54,961 bases of DNA, taken from NCBI GenBank assembly GCA_963659495.1, contig CAVKTH010000001.1:52573-107533 (forward strand). The letters are read 5' to 3'. The translations under genes were made by a program, and so were the position numbers. Position 1 is the first letter of the stretch; every line of letters begins with the position of its first letter. Shown here piece by piece: positions 24,815 through 34,373 of the stretch. The notes beneath the pieces were generated by a model. That model searched no databases, was not told the DNA's origin, and worked only from the letters and a program-made list of their open reading frames with translations. The stretch comes from Bacteroidaceae bacterium. GTDB taxonomy: Bacteria; Pseudomonadota; Alphaproteobacteria; RF32; CAG-239.

Positions 24815-25333
24815 ATGTCGCAAAAAGTATCATTGCGGGAATACGCCAGAATGCGGGGCGTTAATTTGAACGCCGTGCAGACCGCGCTTAAATCCGGTCG
24901 CATTCATAAAACTGCCGACGGCAAAATAGACGTTGACGTCGCCAACAAAGAGTGGTTTATGAACACCGATCCGGCCAAAAGCCACAAAACAGATCCGTTG
25001 TTTGAAGCTCAATCAGGCCTTGCGAATGGCGGCAAACAGAATTTTTCCACTTTTCAGCAAGCAAAAACCGCCGATGTTTATTATCGGGCGATGCTCGCCA
25101 AAGCGAAATTAAAAATGATAACCGGCGAAACCATAGATCGTAAAAAAGCCGGACAGCACGCTTTCAACCTCGGCCGTTCCCTGCGTGACTTGTTTGTCGG
25201 GTTTCCAACGCGCTACGGTTCTTTAATCGCGGCGGAGCTGGCGGTGGACGAACACAAGACGGTGACGGTGTTGGATGAATATGTCAGAAAATTACTTGAA
25301 GAAAGCCGAGACCTCATTGAACGAGAGCTTTAA
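24815..25333 (+). CDS. terminase small subunit (HTH)
   Basis: N-terminal HTH SLREYARMRGVNLNAVQTALKSGRI. It sits directly upstream of TerL. Confidence 0.65.
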   Translation: MSQKVSLREYARMRGVNLNAVQTALKSGRIHKTADGKIDVDVANKEWFMNTDPAKSHKTDPLFEAQSGLANGGKQNFSTFQQAKTADVYYRAMLAKAKLKMITGETIDRKKAGQHAFNLGRSLRDLFVGFPTRYGSLIAAELAVDEHKTVTVLDEYVRKLLEESRDLIEREL

Positions 25334-27218
25334 CGCCGATGTTTTTATTGAAGAACAATTTTTCAAAGGCGTTGAACCTGACAGTTACATGTCGGTTTCC
25401 GAATGGGCTGACAAATACCGCATGCTGTCCGGCAAATCGGCCGCCGAACCAGGGCGGTGGCGGACTTCCCGCACACCGTACTTGAAAGAAATAATGGATT
25501 GTCTGTCGCCGAAAAGTCCGATTCAAAAAGTCGTGTTTATGAAAGGAGCGCAAATCGGCGGCACCGAATGCGGCAACAACTGGATTGGCTACATTATGCA
25601 CAAAGCTCCGGGGCCGATTATGGCCGTGTCCCCAACCGTGGATATGGCCAAGCGTAACTCGCGGCAACGCGTAGATCCGCTGATTGAGGAGTGTTCGGCG
25701 TTGAAATCGGTGGTCAGTTCGCCTAAATCACGAGACAAAGGCAACACCATTCTTTCCAAGGATTTTCAAGGCGGCGTGTTGGTGATGACAGGAGCGAACT
25801 CTGCGGTCGGATTGCGTTCAATGCCGGCTCGTTACTTGTTTATGGACGAGATCGACGGCTACCCTCCGGACATTGACGGCGAAGGCGACCCGATTTTACT
25901 AGCCGAACGCAGAACCGCCACATTTAGCAAGCGTAAAAAGATATTCTTGGTTTCAACGCCGACAGTCAAAGGCTTGTCCAACATTGAGCGGGAATTTTCA
26001 ACGACCGACCAACGTTATTATGTTGTGCCGTGTCCGTTTTGTCATAAGTTTCAACGATTGGTGTGGAATAACATTCGTTCAACGGAAAACGCCGTGATGT
26101 ACGAGTGCGAGCATTGTCATTCGCTTATCGCGGAGCATTATAAAACGCAAATGCTGGCTAACGGTTTTTGGCAGCCATCGGCTCCTAGCGACGGCGTAAC
26201 CGCCGGATTTCATCTGTCCTCGCTTTATTCTCCGGTCGGATGGCTTTCTTGGAAAGAATGCGTCGACATTTACGAGAAATCAAAGAAAAATCCGACTTTG
26301 GCGCAAGGTTTTCAAAACACTATCCTCGGCGAAACCTATGAACAAGAAAGCGACGCTCCGGAATGGCAGCGGCTGTATGAACAACGGGAAACTTATAAAA
26401 TCGGCGTAATTCCGTATGGCGGATTGTTCCTGACCGCCGGCGTAGATATTCAAAAAGACCGCGTTGAATGCGAAGTTGTCGCTTGGGGACGGCAAAAACA
26501 AAGCTGGTCGGTGGAATACTTCGTTCTGGACGGCGACACAGCCAAACCGGAGGTATGGAAAAAGCTTCAGAACGTCTTGAACAAAGATTATCCGCACGAA
26601 AGCGGCGTGACCTTGCCCATTCGGGTAATGTGCGTCGACAGCGGTTACGCCACGCAAGATGTTTACAGCTTTGTCAAAAACTATAGTCAAGCGGTCTGGG
26701 GCAGCTCAGGCGCGAGAGCGAGCCAACCTCGCACGGTGGTGGCGATTAAAGGTCAAAGCCGCGACACGGCGATGCTGCTTTCCACCTCAAAAGCCGACAC
26801 CAAGAAAAAAGGTCTAAAGGTTTGGAACGTGTCCGGTCCGGTGATTAAGACCGAGTTGTATCGGTGGTTAAGAATGCAACGTGTCGGCGAAGACGCCTCG
26901 CAATTCGGAAGATGTCACTTTCCGCAATACGCCGAGGAATATTTCAAACAGCTGACGGCGGAACGTCAGGTGGTGCGCATTGCAAACGGCTATCCGAAAC
27001 CGGTGTGGGAAAAAGACCCGACACGGCGCAACGAAGCGTTGGATTGCCGAGTTTACGCCCGAGCCGCCGCGGCGATTTATGGCTTGGACAGGTTTTCAGA
27101 AAAGTCGTGGCAGGAATTGGAAGCGCAAATTCCAAGTAAAAATGAAACAAAGCCTTTGAAGAAGCGACAACGCTTCATTCAAATGCAACCCACCAAAATT
27201 GACGATCCTTATTTATAA
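25275..27218 (+). CDS. terminase large subunit, GpA (lambda) type
   Basis: FMKGAQIGGTE (Walker A-like), RYLFMDEIDGYP (Walker B) and CPFCHKF...CEHCH. 647 aa. The exact start is uncertain because the ORF overlaps TerS. Confidence 0.85.
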   Translation: MNMSENYLKKAETSLNESFNADVFIEEQFFKGVEPDSYMSVSEWADKYRMLSGKSAAEPGRWRTSRTPYLKEIMDCLSPKSPIQKVVFMKGAQIGGTECGNNWIGYIMHKAPGPIMAVSPTVDMAKRNSRQRVDPLIEECSALKSVVSSPKSRDKGNTILSKDFQGGVLVMTGANSAVGLRSMPARYLFMDEIDGYPPDIDGEGDPILLAERRTATFSKRKKIFLVSTPTVKGLSNIEREFSTTDQRYYVVPCPFCHKFQRLVWNNIRSTENAVMYECEHCHSLIAEHYKTQMLANGFWQPSAPSDGVTAGFHLSSLYSPVGWLSWKECVDIYEKSKKNPTLAQGFQNTILGETYEQESDAPEWQRLYEQRETYKIGVIPYGGLFLTAGVDIQKDRVECEVVAWGRQKQSWSVEYFVLDGDTAKPEVWKKLQNVLNKDYPHESGVTLPIRVMCVDSGYATQDVYSFVKNYSQAVWGSSGARASQPRTVVAIKGQSRDTAMLLSTSKADTKKKGLKVWNVSGPVIKTELYRWLRMQRVGEDASQFGRCHFPQYAEEYFKQLTAERQVVRIANGYPKPVWEKDPTRRNEALDCRVYARAAAAIYGLDRFSEKSWQELEAQIPSKNETKPLKKRQRFIQMQPTKIDDPYL

Positions 27219-27228
27219 CGGAGGCAAA

Positions 27229-27459
27229 ATGGACATTGAAACTTTGCAAACACGGCTTGCCGAAGCGGAGGAAGCGTATCATCAGCTAATGATCGGCGCG
27301 CGGGAAGTCTCGGTTAACGTCGGCAATTTCGGCTCGGTAACCTATAACCAAACCAGCCGTGCGGCTTTGGAAGCCTATATCGCCGACCTAAAGGCTAAAC
27401 TGGCCGAGGCTAAAGGCTCTCCGGTGTTAAAAAGAAAAATTATAAAAGTGAGTTTTTAA
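27229..27459 (+). CDS. gpW-like head-tail joining protein
   Basis: 76 aa, between TerL and portal as in lambda. LAEAEEAYHQLMIGAREVSV...LEAYIADLKAKL. Confidence 0.6.
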   Translation: MDIETLQTRLAEAEEAYHQLMIGAREVSVNVGNFGSVTYNQTSRAALEAYIADLKAKLAEAKGSPVLKRKIIKVSF

Positions 27460-28922
27460 TGGCAAACGACACAGCGCATAATTCAGCTTCGGTAACGGCG
27501 CGGGAGCTTTCCTCGTGGCTGCCGACACAAGGCTCGGCGGATAACGACTTGTTGCCGGAATTGGCCACTATCGTTTCTCGTTCAAGGGATTTGGCTCGCA
27601 ATCACGGCGTGGCGACCGGCGCGATACAGACCTTAAACGACAATATTGTAGGTGTCGGGTTCAGATTATCGGCCAAGCCTGATTATAAACTCCTCGGCAA
27701 AACCAAGGATTGGGAAGAAGAATGGCAAGCCAAAGTCGAGAGTTTGTGGCGTTCATGGGCGGAAACAATCGCTTGCGACGCGGCCAACACGCTTAATTTT
27801 CACGGTTTAACCACTCTTGTGTTTAAATCGTGTCTAATAAACGGCGAAGCCATCGCCCTGCCTCTCTGGCTTAAGAACCGAAAATTCGCCACTTGCATTC
27901 AACTGATTGAGCCTGATCGCTTGTCTAATCCAAACAACGCGATGGACGCGAAAAACATGCGCGGTGGAATTGAAATTGACCGCTACGGCGCGCCGGTGGC
28001 TTACCATATCCGCAAAAACCATCCAGGCGATTACTGGATTGGCGGTGCTTTTGACACTTGGGAGCGCGTTCCGGCTTATACCGATTTCGGCAGACGGCGT
28101 GTGCTGCACGTTCACGATGTCGAACGTATCGGACAGACCAAAGGCAAACCAATATTGACATCTATTATGCCGATGTTCAAAATGCTTGACCATTACGAGC
28201 GTTCTGAGCTTCAGGCGGCGATTGTCAACGCCATGATAGCGGCGTTTATTGAAACGCCGATGGACGCCGAGAGTTTAAACGAGCTTTTCGGCGGAGACGG
28301 CAACGATTATCTGAACGCTAAAAAAGATTGGAAAGTCAAACTTGAAGGCGGTTCGATCATTCCGATATTTCCAGGCGACAAAATCGCTCCGTTCACGCCG
28401 AGCCGACCGAATTCGGCGTACGGAAGTTTTATCGAAAACGTGCTTCGGCATATCGGCACGGGACTGAATATCCCTTATGAGCTGTTGTTAAAGGACTTTT
28501 CCAAAACAAATTACTCCTCGGCTCGCGCGGCGTTGCTTGAAGCGTGGCGATTTTTCAACGGACGCAGAGCTTGGCTCGCCAACAGCTGGGCGACGCCGGT
28601 TTATGAATTGTGGCTTGAAGAAGCCGTTAACAAAGGCTTGGTTGACGCGCCTGATTTTTATGAAAACCGCTACGCTTACACTCGTTGCAAATGGATTGGT
28701 CCCGGCCGAGGCTGGGTTGATCCGGTCAAAGAGGCGCAAGCCTGCCAACTGAGAATGGAAATCGGATTGTCAACTTTGGAAAACGAATGCGCTTCACAAG
28801 GTCTGGATTGGGAAGAAGTCGTGGAGCAACGTTTAAGAGAGAAAAACAAACTGCGAGAGTTAGGATTGGAGGCAGAAAATTTAATCCAACAAGAGGATAA
28901 CATGCAAGAAAAAGATGAGTAA
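27459..28922 (+). CDS. portal protein (lambda family)
   Basis: 487 aa, in the canonical position after gpW and before the S49 protease. Confidence 0.8.
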   Translation: MANDTAHNSASVTARELSSWLPTQGSADNDLLPELATIVSRSRDLARNHGVATGAIQTLNDNIVGVGFRLSAKPDYKLLGKTKDWEEEWQAKVESLWRSWAETIACDAANTLNFHGLTTLVFKSCLINGEAIALPLWLKNRKFATCIQLIEPDRLSNPNNAMDAKNMRGGIEIDRYGAPVAYHIRKNHPGDYWIGGAFDTWERVPAYTDFGRRRVLHVHDVERIGQTKGKPILTSIMPMFKMLDHYERSELQAAIVNAMIAAFIETPMDAESLNELFGGDGNDYLNAKKDWKVKLEGGSIIPIFPGDKIAPFTPSRPNSAYGSFIENVLRHIGTGLNIPYELLLKDFSKTNYSSARAALLEAWRFFNGRRAWLANSWATPVYELWLEEAVNKGLVDAPDFYENRYAYTRCKWIGPGRGWVDPVKEAQACQLRMEIGLSTLENECASQGLDWEEVVEQRLREKNKLRELGLEAENLIQQEDNMQEKDE

Positions 28923-28952
28923 AAACAACCTATAAAATAAGGATTTTGGTGT

Positions 28953-29003
28953 ATCTGGTAATTTTTGTTGATTTATTTGGTAATATTTAGTAATATCTGG
29001 TAA
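28953..29003 (+). repeat. left pair of ATCTGGTAA repeats flanking the Fic gene
   Basis: Copies at 28953-28961 and 28995-29003. Confidence 0.6.
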
Positions 29004-29020
29004 AATTGAAAGGAGGCAAT

Positions 29021-30085
29021 ATGCCAAGAATAAAAGATATTGTTATTACACCGGATATGTTAAATAAAATTGCTGAAATTGACCAGTTTGTTGGCTCGTG
29101 GAGTACAGATTTATCTAAATTGACCCCAGCTGAGTTAAAAGTTATGAAGCGAGTTGCAACAATTGAATCTGTTGGTTCCTCTAACCGTATCGAGGGCAAT
29201 AAAATGTCCGATGCGGAGATCGAGGAGTTGTTTAGCCATATCAACAAAAAGTCTTTTAAGTCTCGTGATGAAGAAGAAGTTGCAGGATACTCTGATTTGA
29301 TCAATACGATATTTGAGAGTTACAATGATATTCCGCTAACTGAAAATTATATTAAGCAGTTACATCAAATTCTTTTGAAATATTCTTCCAAAGATGAACG
29401 TCATCGCGGCGAATACAAAAAGGATAGTAATCGGGTGGCTGCTTATGATGCGACCGGAAAAGAAATCGGAACTATTTTTGAGACAGCTTCTCCTTTTGAT
29501 ACTCCTCACCTAATGAGCGAGTTAATTAAATGGACAAATGACACTTTTGAGGATCGGTTCTTGCACCCCATCATCACAATCGGGATATTTATTGTTCATT
29601 TTCTGGCGATACACCCATTTACGGATGGAAACGGTCGCATGTCGCGTGCCTTAACTGTTTTACTGATGTTGAAAAATAAATACAGCTATATGCCGTATGC
29701 TTCTATGGAATCAATTATCGAAGCAAGTAAAGATGCTTATTATCGGGCTTTACGCGGAACACAAAAAACGATATGGAATGATAAGGTTGATTATGAACCT
29801 TGGTTAACATTCTTTGTCACATCTCTTCAAAAGCAAAAACGAGCGTTGGAGGATAAAATTCAAAAGCTCAAGAAAGTGGATACAGATAAATTGTCTTCGA
29901 CTGCCCGTGAAATTATGAGCCTATTTGCTAACAATTCAGAAATGAGTATCTCTGAAATTGTTAAAAAGACAGGAAAAAATGCTGAAACTGTTCGTAAATC
30001 TGTACAAAGTTTGGTGAAAAAAGGATATTTAACTAAACTAGGAACAACACGCGGTGTTTCATACATACGAACAAGTGAAGAATAA
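29021..30085 (+). CDS. Fic-domain AMPylase-type protein with an N-terminal inhibitory motif and a C-terminal winged helix
   Basis: Fic motif HPFTDGNGRMSRAL, inhibitory-helix motif SNRIEG (SxxxEG) and a C-terminal wHTH ISEIVKKTGKNAETVRKSVQSLVKKGYL. AT-rich. RBS aggagg. Confidence 0.85.
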   Translation: MPRIKDIVITPDMLNKIAEIDQFVGSWSTDLSKLTPAELKVMKRVATIESVGSSNRIEGNKMSDAEIEELFSHINKKSFKSRDEEEVAGYSDLINTIFESYNDIPLTENYIKQLHQILLKYSSKDERHRGEYKKDSNRVAAYDATGKEIGTIFETASPFDTPHLMSELIKWTNDTFEDRFLHPIITIGIFIVHFLAIHPFTDGNGRMSRALTVLLMLKNKYSYMPYASMESIIEASKDAYYRALRGTQKTIWNDKVDYEPWLTFFVTSLQKQKRALEDKIQKLKKVDTDKLSSTAREIMSLFANNSEMSISEIVKKTGKNAETVRKSVQSLVKKGYLTKLGTTRGVSYIRTSEE

Positions 30086-30094
30086 TTTTTGTGA

Positions 30095-30135
30095 ATCTGG
30101 TAATTTTTCTTAGAGTATTTGGGAATATCTGGTAA
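30095..30135 (+). repeat. right pair of ATCTGGTAA repeats flanking the Fic gene
   Basis: Copies at 30095-30103 and 30127-30135. The 14-nt atctggtaattttt is identical to the left flank. Confidence 0.6.
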
Positions 30136-30182
30136 TACTTATTCCTATTTTACAAAAATCGCGGAATGCAAAAAATAAAAAG

Positions 30183-30206
30183 GCCTCACTTCGGTGGGGC
30201 TTTTTT
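30183..30206 (+). terminator. intrinsic terminator closing the Fic island
   Basis: gcctcac-ttcg-gtggggc stem followed by T6. Confidence 0.7.
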
Positions 30207-30257
30207 GATGCCATTAGAGCTAGAAAGTAAAGGTTTTTAATTTTATGAAAGAAAACA

Positions 30258-31349
30258 ATGAAACTGATAAATCAAACGATATGGGCGATAACGCCGGAGA
30301 TGATGCGGACGATAACGGAGATAGCGAGGGACAACAATCGCAGTTATGACGCAGTCGCCAAAGAACTTGGCAAAGACATGAGAGATGCCAACGCCGTTTC
30401 AATCAGAGACGGCGTCGCGGTTATAAAAGTGTCTGGTCCATTGTTCCGATATGCGAACTTAATGACCCGAGTTTGCAGCGCGACTTCGTATGAACTGCTT
30501 TCGCAAGACTTTAACAAGACTTTGCAAACGTCTGATGTCAAAGCTATTTTGCTGGATATCGACAGTCCGGGCGGAGAAGTCAACGGTTGTTCGGAAGTCG
30601 CCGATATGATTTTCAAATCACGAGGAGTAAAGCCGATAATAGCTTACGCTTCCGGTTCTTGTTGTTCCGGCGCTTATTGGATCGCCTCCGCCTGCGACAA
30701 GATTTTGGTGGCGGACACGGCTGTTCTAGGCTCTATCGGCGTGGTTTCCATTTTTGAAAAAGACGATGACGACAAAACGGTGGAGATTGTTTCCAGCCAA
30801 AGTCCTAATAAACGCCCCGATGTCAACACGGAAGCCGGCAAGGCTAAAATTCAGGCTCGAGTTGACGAATTGGCGGAGGTGTTTATAGCCAAAGTCGCCC
30901 GCAACCGGGGCATTACGGCGGTTGACGTGGTTAAAAACTTTGGCGCGGGCGATGTTTCGGTCGGGCAACACGCTGTTCGCAACGGCTTGGCGGACGGCTT
31001 ATCCTCGTTTGAGGACATAATTTCAAGCCTTAATCAGGAGAAAACGATAATGAACGACATTACAAACGCTGAAGACGTCAGAAAATCGGAGCGAGAACGA
31101 ATGGTCAAAGTGTTTGCGTCCGAGCTGGCGAAAGGTAAAGAAAAAACGGCGCAGGCCTTGCTGACCAAAACCGAGTTGGCGGCGGACGATATTTTAGAAA
31201 TCTTGCGAACCGTGCCGAACGTTAAAGAAAACGCCTTTGAAAAAGCGATGGCGGCTGTGAAAAATCCGGATATTCGTCCGGCGGCGGAAGATATGGAAGA
31301 AACACCAGAGGCTGTGGCTAACCGCATCGCCTCGCACATTATAGGATAA
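30258..31349 (+). CDS. S49 (SppA/ClpP-like) head maturation protease / scaffold (gpC-like)
   Basis: LLDIDSPGGEV and GSCCSGAYWIASA. C-terminal Ala/Glu/Lys-rich scaffold-like tail. Confidence 0.8.
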   Translation: MKLINQTIWAITPEMMRTITEIARDNNRSYDAVAKELGKDMRDANAVSIRDGVAVIKVSGPLFRYANLMTRVCSATSYELLSQDFNKTLQTSDVKAILLDIDSPGGEVNGCSEVADMIFKSRGVKPIIAYASGSCCSGAYWIASACDKILVADTAVLGSIGVVSIFEKDDDDKTVEIVSSQSPNKRPDVNTEAGKAKIQARVDELAEVFIAKVARNRGITAVDVVKNFGAGDVSVGQHAVRNGLADGLSSFEDIISSLNQEKTIMNDITNAEDVRKSERERMVKVFASELAKGKEKTAQALLTKTELAADDILEILRTVPNVKENAFEKAMAAVKNPDIRPAAEDMEETPEAVANRIASHIIG

Positions 31350-31353
31350 TAAC

Positions 31354-31695
31354 ATGACAGTACAAGGATTTACAGACCAAGGCGGAACTACTTTCGATAA
31401 TCTGATCGCCGGAGAATTTCCACGAGTTTCCGTTTTGCTTACCGTCAGCAACGGCAAGTTTAAACGCGGCACTATTTTAGGCAAAAAAGAAGACGGCAAA
31501 TACACAATCAGCACGTCTGCACCGGAAGCTATATTGGCGGAAGATGTCGACGCTTCTACTGAAGATAAACAAGCGGTGGCGTATTTAACCGGGGAGTTCA
31601 ACAAAACCGCGCTAAAGGCCAATGCAGAAATTGACACGCTAATACCCAAACTCCGTGCCAAGAGCATTTTTGTAAAAGAAAACCAAGCATACTAG
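31354..31695 (+). CDS. head decoration protein (gpD-like)
   Basis: 113 aa, between the protease and the major capsid gene. Confidence 0.6.
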   Translation: MTVQGFTDQGGTTFDNLIAGEFPRVSVLLTVSNGKFKRGTILGKKEDGKYTISTSAPEAILAEDVDASTEDKQAVAYLTGEFNKTALKANAEIDTLIPKLRAKSIFVKENQAY

Positions 31696-31710
31696 TAGAA
31701 AGGCAAATAA

Positions 31711-32739
31711 ATGGATATTTTTTCAACTCAAGTTCTTTCAAAGGTGGTGGAGCGGTTGCGTACGCCGCCTTCTTTTTTGTTGGACACTTTCTTCCAGAAC
31801 GTTCAGACTTCGGACAAAGAAGAGATTTTGTTTGACGTGACCGACAGCAAACCACGCATTTCGCCGTTTGTGTCGCCGTTGTTGCCCGGCAAAGTCGTTG
31901 ATTCCGGAGGCTATCGCACCAAATCGTTCAAACCGGCTTATGTCAAAGACAAACGTCGTTTTGACGCCAATATCCCGTATAAACGCGTCGCCGGTGAAAC
32001 AATCGGCGGCAGTTTGTCGCCAAGCCAGCGTTACGAGCGAGCTTTGGCGACAACTCTAACCGACCAGTTGGACAACTTGACCCGCCGTGAGGAAGTCATG
32101 GCGGCGGAGATTCTGCGTACCGGCAAAGTTGTGGTGTCCGGCGACGGCTATCCAGCTCAAACCGTCGATTTTGGCAGAGACGATGAATTAACCAAGGCTT
32201 TGTCCGGTTCGTCGACTTGGGAGAGTTCCGGCGTTAATCCGGTTGACGATTTGGAAGATTGGGCGATTACCATTCAAGACAAGTCCGGCGTTGTCGCCAA
32301 AACCGTGGTGATGGATCCGCAAGCTTGGAAAATTTTTCGTTCCAATACCATTGTTCAAAAATATTTGGATATTCGCCGCGGCACGAACAATTCCGTCAAT
32401 ATAGATCCACATGTCGCCGGCGAAAATGAAAAAGCACGCCACGCCGGTTCTATCGGAGATTTCGAGATTTGGATTTACAACGACACTTATATTGACGACA
32501 AAGGCAAAACCTGCAAACTCCTGCCGGAAAAAACCGTGATTCTCGGTTCCAGAGACGGCTTGGAAGGCACTCGCTGCTATGGCGCGATACACGATGAAAA
32601 AGCCAACTGGACGGCGACAAGGTATTTCACAAAGTCTTGGCTGGAGGAAGATCCAAGCGTGCGTTGGCTGTTGCTGCAATCCGCCCCGTTGGTCGTGCCG
32701 TATCGTCCGAACGCTTCAATGTTCGTGAATATCGGATAA
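31711..32739 (+). CDS. major capsid protein, lambda gpE family
   Basis: 342 aa, in the canonical position. The N-terminus MDIFSTQVLSKVVERLRTPPSFLLDTFF is typical of the E family. Confidence 0.8.
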   Translation: MDIFSTQVLSKVVERLRTPPSFLLDTFFQNVQTSDKEEILFDVTDSKPRISPFVSPLLPGKVVDSGGYRTKSFKPAYVKDKRRFDANIPYKRVAGETIGGSLSPSQRYERALATTLTDQLDNLTRREEVMAAEILRTGKVVVSGDGYPAQTVDFGRDDELTKALSGSSTWESSGVNPVDDLEDWAITIQDKSGVVAKTVVMDPQAWKIFRSNTIVQKYLDIRRGTNNSVNIDPHVAGENEKARHAGSIGDFEIWIYNDTYIDDKGKTCKLLPEKTVILGSRDGLEGTRCYGAIHDEKANWTATRYFTKSWLEEDPSVRWLLLQSAPLVVPYRPNASMFVNIG

Positions 32740-32751
32740 GGAGCGAAAATA

Positions 32752-32994
32752 ATGAAAGTAAGAGCTATAATCACATTGGTGGTTGGCAAAAATAAGCAAA
32801 TCGCGCCAAACGGCGTGTGCGATGTCGCTGAAAACGAGGCTAAGCGATTGATTTCGCTTGGTTACGCCGAAAGCTTAAAGAAAACAACACCGCCAATAAA
32901 CACAGGACAGGAAAACAATGGCGATAAATCCAATGAAGACGGCTGTGGACAGTCTGTTCAGCCGCTTGGGCAAACCGGCGACATACAAGAATAA
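32752..32994 (+). CDS. hypothetical head-associated protein
   Basis: 80-aa ORF after the capsid gene. It overlaps the next ORF by 77 nt, so one of the two starts is uncertain. Confidence 0.35.
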   Translation: MKVRAIITLVVGKNKQIAPNGVCDVAENEAKRLISLGYAESLKKTTPPINTGQENNGDKSNEDGCGQSVQPLGQTGDIQE

Positions 32995-33214
32995 ATCAAT
33001 ACGGATTATTCTGCTTGAGCCGGACGAGATTGTGGAAGTTGGCTTTGTAAACACTCATTTGCAATCTCGTCGCGGAAGAATTAGAATATCAGACACGCCG
33101 GAACTGAAAACCGGCGATAAAATTCACACCGACGATGAAACCTTGGCCGTTCATTCCGAACCGGTCAAGGATATTCACAAATTGATATGGAGCTGCGATT
33201 TAATATGCGTCTAA
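32918..33214 (+). CDS. head-tail joining / head closure protein
   Basis: AVDSLFSRLGKPATYKNKSIRIIL...DTPELKTGDKIHTDDETLAV shows a head-closure family pattern. Confidence 0.5.
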   Translation: MAINPMKTAVDSLFSRLGKPATYKNKSIRIILLEPDEIVEVGFVNTHLQSRRGRIRISDTPELKTGDKIHTDDETLAVHSEPVKDIHKLIWSCDLICV

Positions 33215-33501
33215 GGATAGCGGCGAGATGAATGCAAAATTGAGATAATTTCCAAAGTTTTGCTGTCATATCTGTAGATGATAATAAAGGGCGTTCCCAA
33301 AACAACAAATTCACATGTGTTTTGCACTCGTCCGTTATGTCCGATATGAGGAAACTCGGCTAATTTTGAAATAGTTTGCTCTATTCTATCAATAACAAAA
33401 CGCGCAGCCTGTGGATTTTCCGTTAATATATAGTTGTAACCGTTATTTAAATCCTGAATGGAAATCTTGGTGTATTTAATTGCCAACATCATTTTTTCCA
33501 T
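33211..33501 (-). CDS. parE: ParE/RelE-family toxin
   Basis: 96 aa. NPQAARFVIDRIEQTISKLAEFPHIGHNGR...LEIISILHSSRRYP. 13-nt overlap with the antitoxin gene. Confidence 0.8.
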   Translation of the reverse strand: MEKMMLAIKYTKISIQDLNNGYNYILTENPQAARFVIDRIEQTISKLAEFPHIGHNGRVQNTCEFVVLGTPFIIIYRYDSKTLEIISILHSSRRYP

Positions 33502-33719
33502 TTATCAAAAGCCATTTTAACTTCAGTATCGCTGGCAAACTCGTTATTGTCCGCTTGTCTGACACCCTCCTCAATATGCTCGATTTGCCAATTATACAAA
33601 GACAAGAAATATTCAATGGCTTGATTTATTATATAGCTGCGATCCCTATTTTGCTGAGCGGCCAGCATATCCAGTTTTTGTTTTGTTGTATCTTCTGTTC
33701 TAAATGAAATCGTGTTCAT
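33489..33719 (-). CDS. ribbon-helix-helix (ParD/CopG-like) antitoxin
   Basis: The N-terminal MNTISFRTEDTTKQKLDMLAAQQNRDRSYIINQAIEYFL is an RHH pattern. Confidence 0.75.
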   Translation of the reverse strand: MNTISFRTEDTTKQKLDMLAAQQNRDRSYIINQAIEYFLSLYNWQIEHIEEGVRQADNNEFASDTEVKMAFDKWKK

Positions 33720-33734
33720 TGCACCCTCGTTAAT

Positions 33735-33771
33735 ATTGTGTGATACTGTGTATTATGCTGTATTACACAAT
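33735..33771. promoter_or_regulatory. operator-like inverted repeat upstream of the TA operon
   Basis: ATTGTGTGATAC (33735-33746) and GTATTACACAAT (33760-33771) match at 11 of 12 positions. Confidence 0.5.
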
Positions 33772-33800
33772 TTTAGTCAAGTGTAAAAAGGTACTATAAG

Positions 33801-34373
33801 ATGAAATTAGGCATAATATTAGAGGGAAAACTTGATGAATTGCTGGAAAGAGAATATCAAAATTGCGCTCACGCCGTGACAGCCGGAGTTAAAACCGCCA
33901 CCAACGGATTAAAAAACTCACTGCGAAGTCAGGTTAAAACATCTGGTTTGGGTGGCAGGCTAGCCAACACTTGGCGTGGCGATGTTTATCCAAGCGGTAA
34001 AAACAGCGTTTCCGCCGCCGGAGTGATTTACACCAAGGCGCAAAAAATCCTCGAGGGCTTTGAGTACGCGTCGGTTATTCGCTCGCAAAACGGCTTTTGG
34101 CTCGCCATTCCAACTTTGGCCATAAAAAAACGCGTGTTTAACAAACGCATGACACCGGCTCTCTATGAAAAATGGAAAGGAGTTCGCCTGCGTTTCGTGT
34201 ACCGAGCCAACGGCGTGTCGTTGTTGGTTCACGAGCAAAAACGCAAGACCGTCATCGCTTTTATTCTGGTTCCGCAAGTTAAAATGCCGAAATTGATTAA
34301 CTTTGCCGGTGAAAGCGAAAAATGGCAAGCCAGAGTTCCAACCTTGATTTTAGAGAATTGGAAAGATGAGTAA
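33801..34373 (+). CDS. head-tail connector / tail completion protein (HK97 gp10-like, tentative)
   Basis: Position between the head and tail modules. 190 aa. Confidence 0.4.
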   Translation: MKLGIILEGKLDELLEREYQNCAHAVTAGVKTATNGLKNSLRSQVKTSGLGGRLANTWRGDVYPSGKNSVSAAGVIYTKAQKILEGFEYASVIRSQNGFWLAIPTLAIKKRVFNKRMTPALYEKWKGVRLRFVYRANGVSLLVHEQKRKTVIAFILVPQVKMPKLINFAGESEKWQARVPTLILENWKDE

